DNA of 34,077 nt from a virus. Lineage: Duplodnaviria; Heunggongvirae; Uroviricota; Caudoviricetes. The DNA is taken from the IMG/VR virus record IMGVR_UViG_3300045836_000008; one strand, 5' to 3'. Of the stretch, positions 24,053 to 32,858 are shown in pieces. Within the stretch, counting starts at the first letter, position 1, and every line of letters begins with the position of its first letter. Made by a program: the position numbers and the translations under genes. Below the pieces are notes generated by a model. It ran no database searches. It saw nothing but the letters and a program-made list of their open reading frames with translations, and was not told the origin of the DNA.

Positions 24053-24267
24053 AACGACCCATCTGTGGAACGAAGCTGCTGACCGGTCCTTGTGTGATGC
24101 GTGAAGGCAAGGCCCGCTACCTGAAGTGCCGTTGGGACGGTCAGCCGCCCCGAGCGCCGAAGAAGGGCGAACTGTTCATCTCTGGCGCGATCCCACAAGC
24201 GTACCGCTGCACGTCCGACGAGATGACCACGGAATACTTCATCGCAGTAGAAGACAAGAACGCTTAA
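24049..24267 (+). CDS. hypothetical protein (72 aa)
   Basis: ATGA coupling; RAPKKGELFISGAIPQAY. Confidence 0.65.
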   Translation: MKRPICGTKLLTGPCVMREGKARYLKCRWDGQPPRAPKKGELFISGAIPQAYRCTSDEMTTEYFIAVEDKNA

Positions 24268-24274
24268 AAAGTAG

Positions 24275-24302
24275 TTGACAAGATTTCCCAGACCTGTATA
24301 AT
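24275..24302 (+). promoter_or_regulatory. sigma70-type promoter (16-nt spacer)
   Basis: TTGACA-16 nt-TATAAT; shares TTCCCAGACCTG with the promoter at 13603. Confidence 0.8.
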
Positions 24303-24335
24303 TCTTCACATACCAACCCACTAGGAGAAACAAAC

Positions 24336-24545
24336 ATGAACGCACAACAACGTCGAGTCGCACTGCGCCGCCTTCCGAAGCAAGGTTCCAAGGTTGGCTA
24401 CCACGGCAAGAATGGTTTGATCGAAGTCCGCGTCGGCGGTCTGGTGATCCGCGACAACGGCAAGCCGTCGCTGCAACGCGTGAAGATCACGAACCCGGCC
24501 ACGCGCGGTCGTGCAACCCCGCTGCTGAAGCAACTGGTGTACTGA
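24336..24545 (+). CDS. basic hypothetical protein (69 aa)
   Basis: AGGAG Shine-Dalgarno; follows the promoter. Confidence 0.7.
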   Translation: MNAQQRRVALRRLPKQGSKVGYHGKNGLIEVRVGGLVIRDNGKPSLQRVKITNPATRGRATPLLKQLVY

Positions 24546-24685
24546 TGCTCTGGCAAGTCCGCGACTATCTGACGGGCGGACTGCTGCGCGAAGATCACTA
24601 CGAGATGATCCAAACGTGGCTGTCCACTACCGATCTTCGCAAGATCAACAGCAACCACGATCTTTGCATCATCTACGTTTTGTAG
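24545..24685 (+). CDS. small hypothetical protein (46 aa; not in the ORF track)
   Basis: TGATG coupling; MLWQVRDYL...IIYVL. Confidence 0.45.
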   Translation: MLWQVRDYLTGGLLREDHYEMIQTWLSTTDLRKINSNHDLCIIYVL

Positions 24686-24692
24686 AAACCAG

Positions 24693-24721
24693 TTGACAGT
24701 GATTCCCAAGTCTGGGATAAT
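24693..24721 (+). promoter_or_regulatory. sigma70-type promoter
   Basis: TTGACA-17 nt-GATAAT; palindromic TCCCA-AGTC-TGGGA spans the spacer and first -10 bases. Confidence 0.75.
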
Positions 24722-24754
24722 GTGTTCACTGTCAACGAACCCGGAGTGTCAAAC

Positions 24755-25105
24755 ATGAGCCAACAACATACCCGCGAAGAAGTTCTGGCCCGCGTCGAAG
24801 AGTTCTGCAAGGTTGTTGAGAAGTTCTGCAACGACCGCAACATCAATTCTTCGCTGTACAAGATCGTCATTACGGCGCAAGTCGGCCAGAAGAACGTCAA
24901 GATCGTTCGTCGCGAGTCGTGGAATGGTGCAGAACCGACCAATGGTTCGGTCCACTGCTTCATCGACATCGAGACGGGCAACATCCTGAAGGCTGCTTCG
25001 TGGAAGGTTCCCGCCAAGGGCGTCCGTGGCAGCATCTTCAAGGACGACTTTGATGTTGGTATCGGTAAGGCTGTTGGCGAGTTCGGCGCAGCGTATCTGC
25101 GCTAA
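24755..25105 (+). CDS. hypothetical phage protein (116 aa)
   Basis: GSVHCFIDIETGNILKAASWKVPAKGVRG; GGAG Shine-Dalgarno. Confidence 0.8.
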   Translation: MSQQHTREEVLARVEEFCKVVEKFCNDRNINSSLYKIVITAQVGQKNVKIVRRESWNGAEPTNGSVHCFIDIETGNILKAASWKVPAKGVRGSIFKDDFDVGIGKAVGEFGAAYLR

Positions 25106-25110
25106 TTGAA

Positions 25111-25124
25111 GGGGCTTCGGCCCC
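25111..25124 (+). terminator. UUCG hairpin (terminator or stabiliser)
   Basis: GGGGC-TTCG-GCCCC right after a stop codon; no downstream T tract. Confidence 0.45.
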
Positions 25125-25144
25125 GCTGATGGAGTTTGTGAAGT

Positions 25145-25390
25145 ATGAAGCAGTGGTTTTCCAATCGTCTGTTGTCCATCAAGCACGGTGGCGCATACAC
25201 GCGTGCTTTCTTCGATCCGGTCGTCGGTCTGCTGTTCATCCTGCTGTTCGCGCAATGGCTGATGACACCCTACGTCCATATCGGTCATCTTCTCTTCACG
25301 TTCATCGTGGTGTGCCTGATTGACGGTCGCTCGTTCAGTCAAGGCGTCGCATGTGAACGCGAGTGGGCCATCAAACATCCCCGTAGATGA
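25145..25390 (+). CDS. small membrane protein (81 aa)
   Basis: Two hydrophobic segments. Confidence 0.55.
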   Translation: MKQWFSNRLLSIKHGGAYTRAFFDPVVGLLFILLFAQWLMTPYVHIGHLLFTFIVVCLIDGRSFSQGVACEREWAIKHPRR

Positions 25391-25776
25391 TCCAAGTCAC
25401 TGCGCTTCATTCCAGTGACCATCTCTTCGATTTCCCGTCCATCTCTGAAGCCGCCATCAAACGGCCTATAAACGGTCGCCATGACAACGGCGGTCTTGGG
25501 ATGTGGATTACTATCGACTTGGGTCACTGGTCGGCTGGAAACTTCGGAAAACACGTCTATGAAGTGAAGTTCGAAGTCGAACCGGATGAAATCGCGGTGA
25601 TCGACTTGGGCGAACTGTCCAACCTTGGCCGATACGAACGAATCGATTTCAATCAGCATCGTTTAGCACTGCTTGATAAAGGCACGCGGTTCACGAAGAT
25701 TCTTGAAGGCGCTGGATTCGTCCAAGGCATCCTTCACGACCTGACCGCTATCAGCAGTTTTCGCAAGATCAACTAG
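25387..25776 (+). CDS. hypothetical protein (129 aa)
   Basis: ATGA coupling; LHSS...GLGMW.T...FG.HVYEV pattern. Confidence 0.65.
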   Translation: MIQVTALHSSDHLFDFPSISEAAIKRPINGRHDNGGLGMWITIDLGHWSAGNFGKHVYEVKFEVEPDEIAVIDLGELSNLGRYERIDFNQHRLALLDKGTRFTKILEGAGFVQGILHDLTAISSFRKIN

Positions 25777-25802
25777 AAGAAGTAAAGAAGGAAGAAAAGA
25801 AT

Positions 25803-26813
25803 ATGGCAATTCTTCGCAAGTTCCCGAGCATCGAACAATTCAAGAACGTCATCACGAATGTCCGACAGTTCTGCAAGAAGCACGACAAGCCGCTACCCAC
25901 ACTCACGTTCGAAGGCACGGTGAAGCTGCACGGCACGAACGGCGGCATCGGCTACGACTTCAAGACGGGCGAACTGTGGGCGCAGTCCCGCGAGCGCATC
26001 ATCACGCCGTATGACGACAACGCGGCATTCGCCAAGTACGTCGAAGCGAACAAGGACGCCATCAAGGCGTACATGCACAACTACGCCGAGAACGGTGGAC
26101 TGGTCTACCTGTTCGGTGAATGGTGTGGCCCGTCGATTCAGAAGTCCGTCGCCATCTCGGAAATCGAGAACAAGTCGTTCTTCCCGTTCGAACTGATCGA
26201 AGTTGTTGGCGAAGGCGACGATGCAACCGTCATCAAGTACGACCTGATGGCCGACGATTCGATTCTCGAAATCCCCGACACGTACCGCGTCGCTTCGTTC
26301 CGTCGCTACAGCATCGACATCGACTTCAATGCGCCGCAAGAGTCGCAGAACAAGCTTGTCGAACTGACGATGAAGGTCGAAGAACAGTGCCCGGTCGCAG
26401 CCGACTTCGGCAAGTTCGGCATCGGTGAAGGCATCGTCTGGTACAACGCCGAAACCGGTCTGCGCTTCAAGGTGAAGGGCGAAAAGCACTCGGTGTCGAA
26501 GGTCAGCACGGTCAAGGAAATCAGTGCCGAAGACCTTGCACGTATCAGCACGATCAAGACCTTCGTGGACACGGTTGTGACCGAAAACCGCCTGAATCAA
26601 GGGCTGGACAAGCTTCGCGAGATGGGTAAGGAAATCTCGGTGAAGAGTACCGGCGACTACATCAAGTGGGTTGTCGGTGACGTGCTGAAAGAAGAGATGG
26701 ACCTGATTATCGCGTCGTGTCTGGACAAGAAGGAACTGAATCCAGCGATGTCGAACAAGGCGAAGGAATTCTTCTTCGCACACCTGAAGACACTGGAAGC
26801 CGTCGCAGCATGA
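25803..26813 (+). CDS. rnlB: RNA ligase 2 family (Rnl2)
   Basis: Motif I KLHGTN, QSR, FGEWCG, GEGIV, FKVKGEKH, and C-terminal VTENRLNQ. Confidence 0.88.
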   Translation: MAILRKFPSIEQFKNVITNVRQFCKKHDKPLPTLTFEGTVKLHGTNGGIGYDFKTGELWAQSRERIITPYDDNAAFAKYVEANKDAIKAYMHNYAENGGLVYLFGEWCGPSIQKSVAISEIENKSFFPFELIEVVGEGDDATVIKYDLMADDSILEIPDTYRVASFRRYSIDIDFNAPQESQNKLVELTMKVEEQCPVAADFGKFGIGEGIVWYNAETGLRFKVKGEKHSVSKVSTVKEISAEDLARISTIKTFVDTVVTENRLNQGLDKLREMGKEISVKSTGDYIKWVVGDVLKEEMDLIIASCLDKKELNPAMSNKAKEFFFAHLKTLEAVAA

Positions 26814-26950
26814 CGTGCGGTTCGCGATTCAGCGGACCCAAGTGGACGTGCAGCCGCGAGTACGGGCATGAAGGTCCGTGTGCTGCACATCCTGTCGGGT
26901 TCTGGCATCGCATGTATTGGCGATGCGTACTTGGAACATGGAAGTTATGA
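26810..26950 (+). CDS. small Cys/His-rich protein (46 aa)
   Basis: ATGA coupling; C...C.R..GH.GPC.AH. Confidence 0.5.
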   Translation: MTCGSRFSGPKWTCSREYGHEGPCAAHPVGFWHRMYWRCVLGTWKL

Positions 26951-27117
26951 AGCTGTACGAAGTACCAAACAAGACACACGTGAAGGTCGTCGGCGGCACT
27001 GATGAAGTGTTTTTCTTCGATCACCCGGACGGGATGTACTCGGTTTGCAACGACGCAAACGGAAATCTCGTCCATCTCTACATCATGCAAGAAGTCGAAA
27101 TCGCAGAAGGGTTCTAA
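26947..27117 (+). CDS. hypothetical protein (56 aa)
   Basis: ATGA coupling; FFFDHPDGMYS. Confidence 0.65.
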   Translation: MKLYEVPNKTHVKVVGGTDEVFFFDHPDGMYSVCNDANGNLVHLYIMQEVEIAEGF

Positions 27118-28335
27118 ATGATTTTCCCGAAGATCGAGCGCATCGAAGACGTACTCCCGCACATCGAAGGTATGACCGAATTCGTTGTGGCGGAACGTGA
27201 AGGTTTCACGGTCATCAACTACATGGTCGCGTTTGACACGACCTTCCCGGACTTGCCAGACCTGAATGCGCCGATCCGGGACATCGGTGAGTACGAAACG
27301 CGATGCAAGGAATACATGCACGCGGCAATGCTGCGCGAATGTCGCGGTCTGATGTTCGACCGTGACGGCAACCTTATCAGCCGCCCGTATGCGAAGTTCT
27401 TCAACGTCAACGAACGCGCCGAGACACAAGCCAACCTGTTCGACCTGTCGGGCGATGATTGGGTCGCACTCGAAAAGCTGGACGGGTCGTTCATCCGCCC
27501 GGTGCGTATCGACGGCCTGATTCGTCTCTGCACGAAGATGGGTATCACCGAACAGTCGCACCAAGCCGAAGAGTTCCTTGAAGGTCTGGACGAAGAATTG
27601 CACGACCGGTACTTCAACTTCTTCGAAACGTATGTGGACGACTACACGCCGATCTTCGAGTTCTGTTCGCGCAAGAATCAGGTCGTCATCGATTACCCGG
27701 AAGATCAGCTTGTGCTGACCGGCATGCGCCTGAACAAGACGGGCGAATACGTCCGCTACAAGTACCTGTCGTCGGTCGCAAGGGCGTTCCGCATTCCGTG
27801 CGTCGAACCGTTGCCGCTTCATTGCGAAGACGAGACGATGCCCGCCGTGGTTGAAGAAGTGCGACAGTGGCTTGGCTGTGAAGGCATCGTGCTGTGCTTC
27901 GATGATGGCCGCAAGGTCAAGATCAAGGCGCTGGACTACTGCGAGAAGCATGGTGCAAAAGACGCCCTGTTGCTCGAAAAGAACCTGTTGCGCTTCTATC
28001 TCGAAGAGAAGCTTGACGACTATCTGCCGCTGCTGGACGACCAGTTCCGCACACGTGTCGATGACTACATCGCTGCGGTGTCACAAGGCATCGAACTCGC
28101 GACTGCATCCGCAGAAGCAACCGTTCGATGGGTCGATAAGAACTTCGAGACTCGTGCAGAGAAGGCCCGGTTCATCGTGTCCGAAGTGAACGAACTGTCG
28201 CGCTCGATCATCTTCAATGGCCTTGATGGTAAGGACATCCGCAAGTCGATCATCACGAAGGTGCTGGCGAACACCAAGACGCAAAACGAAGTGGACAGCG
28301 TGAAGCCGTTGATCGGTCACGCGAAGTGGATTTGA
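27118..28335 (+). CDS. rnlA: RNA ligase 1 family (Rnl1)
   Basis: VINY, LRECRGLMFD, SRPYAKFFNVNE, motif I EKLDGS, TPIFE, EGIV, KVKIK. Confidence 0.92.
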   Translation: MIFPKIERIEDVLPHIEGMTEFVVAEREGFTVINYMVAFDTTFPDLPDLNAPIRDIGEYETRCKEYMHAAMLRECRGLMFDRDGNLISRPYAKFFNVNERAETQANLFDLSGDDWVALEKLDGSFIRPVRIDGLIRLCTKMGITEQSHQAEEFLEGLDEELHDRYFNFFETYVDDYTPIFEFCSRKNQVVIDYPEDQLVLTGMRLNKTGEYVRYKYLSSVARAFRIPCVEPLPLHCEDETMPAVVEEVRQWLGCEGIVLCFDDGRKVKIKALDYCEKHGAKDALLLEKNLLRFYLEEKLDDYLPLLDDQFRTRVDDYIAAVSQGIELATASAEATVRWVDKNFETRAEKARFIVSEVNELSRSIIFNGLDGKDIRKSIITKVLANTKTQNEVDSVKPLIGHAKWI

Positions 28336-28358
28336 TCTAACTGAAGTAGGACTACATC

Positions 28359-28838
28359 ATGCTTGTGTATCGCATCGAAGGTGAAAACGGTGACGGTATC
28401 TACCGTGGGAAATACTGTCGCGACAATCCGATGGATTGGATTCCATCGAAACACCCCGGACCCGCGCGTGACTCGCTGTTGGTGGACAACGCCAACGTGA
28501 TCCGCCAGAACGATGACGCCGATTTCGTGTGTCTCGATTTCTGTGATTGGATCGCGATGTCCAAGTACATCTTCGGGTTTGCATCGACGGAACAGTTGCG
28601 CAACTGGATTTTCAACGACATGTGGCTGTGGCGCATGGAAGAGCGTGGCTTCAGGTTGGCCGTGTTCGACATCGATCCCGATGATGTGATTGTCGGCCAC
28701 ACGCAGTGCATCTTCCATCGCGAGAAGATCAGGCAAGCGTCCTACTTCAAACCCGCAGAGTTCTTCGGCATCGAAGAAGAACCCGAAGACTGGCTGACCG
28801 TTAGCCATACCGAAGAAACATACAACGACGACGAATAA
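28359..28838 (+). CDS. hypothetical protein (159 aa)
   Basis: AGGA Shine-Dalgarno; VYRIE...G.Y...FGF.S..QL..W. Confidence 0.75.
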   Translation: MLVYRIEGENGDGIYRGKYCRDNPMDWIPSKHPGPARDSLLVDNANVIRQNDDADFVCLDFCDWIAMSKYIFGFASTEQLRNWIFNDMWLWRMEERGFRLAVFDIDPDDVIVGHTQCIFHREKIRQASYFKPAEFFGIEEEPEDWLTVSHTEETYNDDE

Positions 28839-29047
28839 TGGCATACGCAATTCAACACCGTAAGGTGTCCTACACACTGGAACTTGATGAAGACGAAGCC
28901 AAGGTACTTCGCGAAGTTTGTTCCCGTATCGGCGGTCTTCCGACATCCCGTCGCGGTCTGATGAACAGCATCCGCGATGCACTCGAAAGCGCTGGCGTCT
29001 ACGAAGTAGAAAGCCCAGACGTAGAAGGTTCCATTCGTTTCAACTGA
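28838..29047 (+). CDS. hypothetical protein (69 aa)
   Basis: TAATG coupling. Confidence 0.65.
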   Translation: MAYAIQHRKVSYTLELDEDEAKVLREVCSRIGGLPTSRRGLMNSIRDALESAGVYEVESPDVEGSIRFN

Positions 29048-29053
29048 GACATC

Positions 29054-29545
29054 ATGAACAAAGAACTGATTATGTTGGTCGGCTTGCCCGGTTGCGGCAA
29101 GTCCACGTATCGCAAGCCGCATGCGATGGACTTCATCTCTTCGGATCACTTCATCGAAGAGTTCGCACAAGCCGCTGGCAAGACCTATGGTGAAGTCTTC
29201 GCGGGCTTCGCCAAGCAAGCCGAAGTCCTGATGTACGCACACATGGACGACCTTCTAGCGAACGGCACGCGTCAGATCGTGTGGGACCAAACCAACCTGA
29301 ACGCGAAGACGCGACAGAAGAAGCTTCAGAAGTTCAACGAAGCTGGCGGCAAGGACTACCGCAAGATCGCACTGTTCTTCGAACCGGACATGCAACTGAC
29401 GCTGGCACGCAACGAAGAGCGCCGTGCGTTCGGTCGAGACATCCCGCTGCACGTGCTTGAATCGATGTATGACAGCATCGAAGTGCCGAAGAAGGCCGAA
29501 GGCTTCGACTACGTGTTCCACGTCCCGCTGGACTCGCAAATCTGA
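29054..29545 (+). CDS. polynucleotide 5'-kinase-like P-loop protein (kinase domain only)
   Basis: LVGLPGCGKST, ISSD, WDQTNL, lid LARNEERR; no HAD phosphatase domain. Confidence 0.8.
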   Translation: MNKELIMLVGLPGCGKSTYRKPHAMDFISSDHFIEEFAQAAGKTYGEVFAGFAKQAEVLMYAHMDDLLANGTRQIVWDQTNLNAKTRQKKLQKFNEAGGKDYRKIALFFEPDMQLTLARNEERRAFGRDIPLHVLESMYDSIEVPKKAEGFDYVFHVPLDSQI

Positions 29546-29679
29546 TGTATGACATCAACCTGACACTACCGGGCTTCTGTCTGTCGGTGGACGTGAAGTT
29601 TCTCATCGCGTGCGGGCTTCTGTATCTGTTCGTGTGGGCGATGTACAACCTGTACATGAGTCTTCGCTACGGCACGTAG
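29545..29679 (+). CDS. small membrane protein (44 aa; not in the ORF track)
   Basis: TGATG coupling; hydrophobic core FLIACGLLYLFVWAMY. Confidence 0.45.
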   Translation: MYDINLTLPGFCLSVDVKFLIACGLLYLFVWAMYNLYMSLRYGT

Positions 29680-29705
29680 CAACAAACTTGGGAATGTGTT
29701 ATAAT
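29677..29705 (+). promoter_or_regulatory. sigma70-type promoter of gene 43; inverted repeat flanks the -10
   Basis: TAGCAA-17 nt-TATAAT; ACTTGGGAA (29686-94) / TTCCCAAGT (29711-19). Confidence 0.7.
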
Positions 29706-29734
29706 ACGCGTTCCCAAGTCACATAGGAGTTGAG

Positions 29735-32230
29735 TTGGAGTTTTACCTGAATTCCAGACAGTACGGCAACAACGTACTCGTAAGGGGGATTCGTGATGGC
29801 AAGCGGTTTTGTGAGAAAGTACCCTTTCAGCCGACTTTGTACAGTCGGGTCAATAAGCCTACGGGCTTCAAGTCACTGAACGACGAGAATCTTCTCCCCG
29901 TTCAGTTCGATAGCATCAACGATGCGCGTGAATACTGCCAGAAGTATCGAGACGTGGACAACTTCCCGATCTTCGGCAACAACGCGTATCAGTTCCAGTG
30001 GATCAGCGAGAACTACAAGGGCGAAGTCGAATACGATCTTGACCAGATCAAGGTCATGTCGCTGGACATCGAAACCACGGTCAACTATGGTTTCCCAGAC
30101 TACTTCGATCCCAAAGAAGAAATCACGCTGATTACGTGTCGTGACAAGGTGTCGCAGAAGATCACGACCTTCTGTTGTTGGGACTTCGATCAAACGGAAG
30201 AGAACGCCGTCTACGTCCAGTGCGACGATGAAGCGGACCTTCTACTGAAGTTCATCAACTGGTTCCACAAGAACTGCCCGGACATCATCACCGGGTGGAA
30301 TACCGAAGACTTCGATATTCCGTATCTGATCCAACGTGCCCGTAAGGTTGTCGGTGAAGAAGTGGTGAAGAAGCTTTCCCCGTTCGGTGTCATCAAGCAT
30401 CGAGACGTGGAAGTGCAGGGCAAGATGCGGATGGTCTTCGAGATTTACGGCGTCGCGTCGCTGGACTATCTGTTGCTGTTCCGCAAGTTCGCCTTCCTGA
30501 AGTTCGAAGACGAAAAGCTGGACACCGTTGCGTTCCATGTGATCGGGCGCAACAAGGTCGATAACCCGTATAGCTCGTTCCGCGAGTTCTACGAGAAAGA
30601 CCCCGAACTGTTCATCAAGTACAACATCGTTGACGTGAAGCTTGTTGACGAACTTGAAGCAGAACTGAAGCTGATCGAGTTGGCGATTTCGATTGCCTAC
30701 ATGGCAAAGATCAACTTCGATGATGTGTACTCCCCGGTGAAGATGTGGGACACCATCATCTACAATCACCTTCTGGACCAAGGCATCGTTGTCCCGTTCA
30801 AGAAGGAAACGATTGGCAAGGAAATCGAAGGCGCTTTCGTCAAGGAAGTGCAGATCGGCAAGCATGGTTGGTTGGCATCATTCGACTTGGCTTCGCTGTA
30901 TCCGCACATCATCATGGCGCTGAACATGTCGCCCGAGACGATCCTTGGCATGTTGGATACATCGGTTGAAGAACTGTTGAGTGGGGACCGTAGCAAGGTC
31001 CGACCCGGCATTTCGCTGGCCCCGAACGGTTCGATGTACGACATGTCGAAAGTGGGCTTCCTGCCCGTCCTGATGTCGAAGTATTACAACGGGCGCAAGG
31101 AAGTCAAGAACGAGATGTTGGCGCTGAAGAAGCAGTTGGAAGCAGAGCGTCACAACATGTCGGCAGAAGAGATTCGCTTGATGGAAGCGAAGATCACTGC
31201 AAAGAAGAACATGCAGCAAGCGTTGAAGATCGCGATCAACAGTGCCTATGGTGCATTGGCGCAGAAGTCGTTCCGATTCTTCGATACGCGGATCGCTGAA
31301 GGCATCACGATGTCCGGTCAGCTAATCATCCGCACGGCAGAGAAGACCATCAACGACTTCCTGAACGGGCTGATGAAGACGGCCAAGTACGAAGACTTCG
31401 TGATTGCGTCGGACACCGACTCGCTGTACGTGAACCTGTTGCCTTTCGTGAACATGGTCGCACCCGGCAAGTCAGTCGATGCCACGGTGGACTTCTTGTG
31501 CAAGGTGTGCGATGGGAAGCTGTCTAAGGTGCTGAATGACGGCTGTGACACCTTGGCTAGTACCCTGAACTGGAATCTAGGCAAGATCGTTTTCAAGCGT
31601 GAAGCAGTGGCTTCTAAGGGCATCTGGATCGGCAAGAAGATGTACGCGCTGATCGTCCACGACAATGAAGGCGTTCGATACGAAGAGCCTGACCTGAAAG
31701 TGATGGGTCTGGCGCTGGTCCGGTCATCCACTCCGAACATCGTGAAAGACCCGCTTCGTAAGTGCATCGAAGTGATTCTGAACGGTGAAGAAGAGACGCT
31801 TCAGAAGTACGTGCGTGAAGTCGAAGAGATGTACATGAAGCAACCGCACGAAGTCATCTGCTTCCCGCGTGGCGTGAACAATCTGGCGAAGTACACTTCA
31901 CCGTCGAGTATCTACGTGAAGGCCCATTGCCCGATTCAGGTCCGCGCATCGCTGCTGTACAACCATCTTCTGAAGAAGCACGGCATGACAGACCGTCAGC
32001 CGATTCAAGAAGGTAGCAAGATGAAGTTCGTGTACCTGAAGGAACCGAACACGCTGCGCGAGAATGTGATTGGTTTCACCGACAAGATTCCCGCAGAGTT
32101 CGACCTGATCCGGTACGTGGACTACGAGACGATGTTCAACAAGTCGTTCATCGAACCGTTGAAGAAGCTGACGCAGCCTATCGGCTGGTCCCACAAAGAA
32201 GTTGCAACCCTAGAAGGTCTGTTCGACTAA
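29735..32230 (+). CDS. 43: family B DNA polymerase gp43 (UUG start)
   Basis: SLDIETT, GWNTEDFDIPYL, YNIVDV, SFDLASLYP, KIAINSAYG, SDTDS, KKMYAL; AGGAG Shine-Dalgarno before TTG. Confidence 0.97.
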   Translation: MEFYLNSRQYGNNVLVRGIRDGKRFCEKVPFQPTLYSRVNKPTGFKSLNDENLLPVQFDSINDAREYCQKYRDVDNFPIFGNNAYQFQWISENYKGEVEYDLDQIKVMSLDIETTVNYGFPDYFDPKEEITLITCRDKVSQKITTFCCWDFDQTEENAVYVQCDDEADLLLKFINWFHKNCPDIITGWNTEDFDIPYLIQRARKVVGEEVVKKLSPFGVIKHRDVEVQGKMRMVFEIYGVASLDYLLLFRKFAFLKFEDEKLDTVAFHVIGRNKVDNPYSSFREFYEKDPELFIKYNIVDVKLVDELEAELKLIELAISIAYMAKINFDDVYSPVKMWDTIIYNHLLDQGIVVPFKKETIGKEIEGAFVKEVQIGKHGWLASFDLASLYPHIIMALNMSPETILGMLDTSVEELLSGDRSKVRPGISLAPNGSMYDMSKVGFLPVLMSKYYNGRKEVKNEMLALKKQLEAERHNMSAEEIRLMEAKITAKKNMQQALKIAINSAYGALAQKSFRFFDTRIAEGITMSGQLIIRTAEKTINDFLNGLMKTAKYEDFVIASDTDSLYVNLLPFVNMVAPGKSVDATVDFLCKVCDGKLSKVLNDGCDTLASTLNWNLGKIVFKREAVASKGIWIGKKMYALIVHDNEGVRYEEPDLKVMGLALVRSSTPNIVKDPLRKCIEVILNGEEETLQKYVREVEEMYMKQPHEVICFPRGVNNLAKYTSPSSIYVKAHCPIQVRASLLYNHLLKKHGMTDRQPIQEGSKMKFVYLKEPNTLRENVIGFTDKIPAEFDLIRYVDYETMFNKSFIEPLKKLTQPIGWSHKEVATLEGLFD

Positions 32231-32655
32231 TGGAATTCGAAACCCCAGAACTGGAAGGCGCAGAACCCCTTCCGAACATGGGCGCAAAGATTCCGAACTA
32301 TGCAAAGCTGGACGTGAAACGCGTGCTGGTCTATGGTGTCCGCATCATGGATCAGTTCGAAAAGAAAGCTAAGTATAAGCCCATGCTGGCCCTGTTCCTG
32401 AACGAAGCAGACAAGGAACCGGTCGTCCTGAATCTCATGCTGCACGAAGTGTTTGATGATGCAGAAGTGATGGCCCGCATGGGCGTTATCTGGGCCAACC
32501 AGATGTTCGGGGATGTCGCCAAGACGGTCAAGATTTTCGACTACGAGACAGAGAAGCTTCGCACTGAAATCAACGTGTGGGAACTTCTCGAAATCGAAGA
32601 AGCAGTCGAAGAACTTCGTGAAATCTACCACACCAACAAATACAAGGTCCATTGA
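32230..32655 (+). CDS. hypothetical protein (141 aa)
   Basis: TAATG coupling to gene 43. Confidence 0.7.
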   Translation: MEFETPELEGAEPLPNMGAKIPNYAKLDVKRVLVYGVRIMDQFEKKAKYKPMLALFLNEADKEPVVLNLMLHEVFDDAEVMARMGVIWANQMFGDVAKTVKIFDYETEKLRTEINVWELLEIEEAVEELREIYHTNKYKVH

Positions 32656-32858
32656 TGGAACTCTATTTCCTTGCCTGTTTCGTGATCTTTCTGTTGCTGA
32701 CGCTGTTCACCAAGTTGCATGACGGTGCATACAGCATTGGCGATATGGTCTTCTGTGGCATCGTATCAGTCGTCCCGGTCGTCAACGTCATCGCGTTGCT
32801 GTACCTGTTCTGTATCACGCTCATGAAGCATCGCGTGTTTTCCGTGGTGCTGTTCTGA
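32655..32858 (+). CDS. small membrane protein (67 aa)
   Basis: Hydrophobic; includes VSVVPVVNVIAL. Confidence 0.6.
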   Translation: MELYFLACFVIFLLLTLFTKLHDGAYSIGDMVFCGIVSVVPVVNVIALLYLFCITLMKHRVFSVVLF

